A DNA stretch of 64,000 nt. Source: Azolla caroliniana (lineage: Eukaryota; Plantae; Polypodiophyta). The position numbers and the translations under genes were made by a program. The stretch's first letter is position 1; each line of letters begins with the position of its first letter. This document shows, piece after piece, positions 62,059 through 64,000 of this stretch. The stretch covers positions 12,462,001 through 12,526,000 of the forward strand of contig JBHGNT010000011.1 of the NCBI GenBank assembly GCA_043228905.1, read 5' to 3'. The notes beneath the pieces were generated by a model, which saw only the letters and a list, made by a program, of their open reading frames with translations, was not told the origin of the DNA and did no database searches.

Positions 62059-64000
62059 TGTGAACTATTTTGTTTTGGTTGAGCGGCAAGCTCAATCGGA
62101 GCCGGATCGGCTGAATAAGCCGGAGCCGGTAAGCGAGACGGATCGTGTGAAACGGATCGGTATGACGGTGAGCAACCGAACCCGCAAGCAGTGGAGGCTG
62201 GGTGCAATCCGTAACCGGAAGTCCAATCGAAAGCCTAGTATAGGATAGACTACTAGGTAGCTATAGTCTCGTAGTAAGTGTCAGATGCTTGTGTGAGCAT
62301 TGAAGTACATAGTACTTCTGTCAGTCCCAAGAGGACTTGTATAAATAGTGCTACTTAGCACAATGTGTATACAGAGTCTTGAAATAATTTTGAAATAGTG
62401 TTCTGCTCTCTCTGTCTCTCCTTCTCTCTCTCTCTCTCTTTGTGTTGTTCTTTGTTTTTTTACGCTTCCGCAAACACTCACGTTTACATGGTATCAGAGC
62501 GCGAGGGTTGAGAACCTCTGCTGCAGACATTTACTCTTGAGAAGAAAACCCTAACAGGTCGAAAACAGACACAATAGAAGACATGGATAGAGGCATGGCT
62601 ACGTCGCTCCCGGTGGAGAAGCTCGACAAGAGCAACTATGCATCCTGGTCTTACAAGATGCACCAGTACGTGCTTGGACACGGGTACTGGAGTTATGTCG
62701 AAGGAGCGAATGATGCGGCGCCCGACTCGGCACACAGGGACTTCCCGGTATGGGAACAGGCGGCAAGCAGGGTGATGTACTGCTTCGCGTCCAGTGTCGG
62801 CGATCAACTGCTCAGCCACATCTGTGACGCCAAGACACCGAAGGATGCTTGGGGGAACCTGAAAAAGGTTTTCGCCGCAAGCACCACTGCCCGGAAGCTG
62901 CAACTCAGACAGGAGTTGAGCAATGTTCGATAGAAGAACATGTCCGTGGCAAACTACACGGGCCGGATAAAGGAGATCTGCGACTCGCTCGCCTCTATCA
63001 ATGTTACCGTAGAGGAAGATGAGATGGTGCAGGTATGTCTCGGAGGCCTGGCGTCCAAGTTCGGAGGATTCCGGACTGCGGTGTGTACAAGGGAGAATAC
63101 CCCCTCATTCTTCGACTTACAGTCGATGCTCCTTGTAGAGGAGAACCACGCCGGTGCATCTACCAGTGCATCCCCAGACAGCCGAATGGTGTACACGGGA
63201 ACGGATCGGCTCCATGGGCGTGGTGGAAGAGGTGCGTTGGCACGCAATGGAGGCGGCCGACAAGAGCAGGAACGGAGGCACTATGAGTGTGCCGACAGCA
63301 GTTCCGGGACTCCCACAAGCAGGGGGAGTCAAGGCGGTGCCGGAGGCCGGCAAGAGAAATCCGGTACGGAATGCTGGTACTGTGGCAAAAAAGGCCACAA
63401 GGAAAGCGAGTGCTGGAGAAAGCGTGCCGATTCGGACAAATCCGGATCCGGCAAGACCGGTAAGGATGGCCGACAAAACTCGCACTACGCAAATGGATCA
63501 GGAGGATCCGGAACCGGAAAGGCCGGTAAGGGGCCAACCTTGGTGATGAATCACAAGGCAAACTCAATGAAAAAGACCACTTCCAAAACGAAGGAAGTGT
63601 GGTATGTTGATTCTGGTGCGTCGAACCACATGACGAGCCACAAAGAGTGGTTCTCCCTTCTGGAGAAACCGGATCAACCAGGAGTAGTCGAAACCGGAGA
63701 CGACACTCCTCACCCAATCGTGCACGTCGGAGAAGTCCCTCTAAGCCACGTCGGACAGAAAGGGAAGCTGATGAACGTATTACACGTTCCGACAATCACG
63801 AAGAACCTGGTGTCCGTCGGTCAGATTGTCGACCAGGGGATGCAGGTGCGGTTTACGCACCTCGGGTGCTTCATTGAGGATGAGGGCGAAGTCATTGCGC
63901 AAGGGCGCAAAGACGGGAGGATGTTTATCCTCAACACCAATGACTTTGGCACCGCTCTGTTCACGAAACGACAGAAGGTTGAGTCAGACATCGACCTGTG
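62059..64000 (+). mobile_element. Ty1/copia element, 5' part (LTR 62059-62488, iMet PBS 62489-62500); runs off the window end
   Basis: TG...CA LTR followed directly by TGGTATCAGAGC. Confidence 0.88.
62583..64000 (+). pseudogene. gag-pol: Copia gag-pol with a stop at 62931-62933 and a frameshift
   Basis: EKLDKSNYASW gag, CWYCGKKGHKESEC knuckle, WYVDSGASNHMT protease. Confidence 0.85.

Overview
This is eukaryotic, plant-type DNA (TTTAGGG repeats, GT-AG introns, plant tRNA-iMet/tRNA-Trp primer sites; possibly a non-seed plant, which is inference only). It consists almost entirely of nested transposable elements, and I found no ordinary host gene. The main feature is two copies of a large (~11.7 kb core) TIR DNA transposon resembling the Sola2 group. 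Copy B (31665-54439) is complete, with 25-bp GGG...CCC TIRs and an ATGT 4-bp TSD. Copy A (~4070-14067) is left-truncated and decayed. Each copy carries three genes: a two-exon HTH+DDD transposase (+), a five-exon ~574-aa RING-H2 gene (-) that is intact in both copies, and an FCP1/SCP-like (NIF/HAD) phosphatase-domain gene (-) with an altered catalytic motif. The large introns are filled with the palindrome TAGCTAATTAGCTA or with telo-box repeats. Around and inside these copies are four insertions of a tRNA-Trp-primed Ty3/gypsy family, all at ACGT/ACGA sites. That family shows tRNA-like Pol III boxes in several LTRs, a 4x tandem-LTR array and a -1 frameshift signal. The window also holds one intact young Ty1/copia element, several decayed copia/gypsy/LINE fragments, solo LTRs, a short interstitial telomere repeat and a 3.3-kb degenerate microsatellite. 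All coordinates and splice models were read by eye; no database searches were run.
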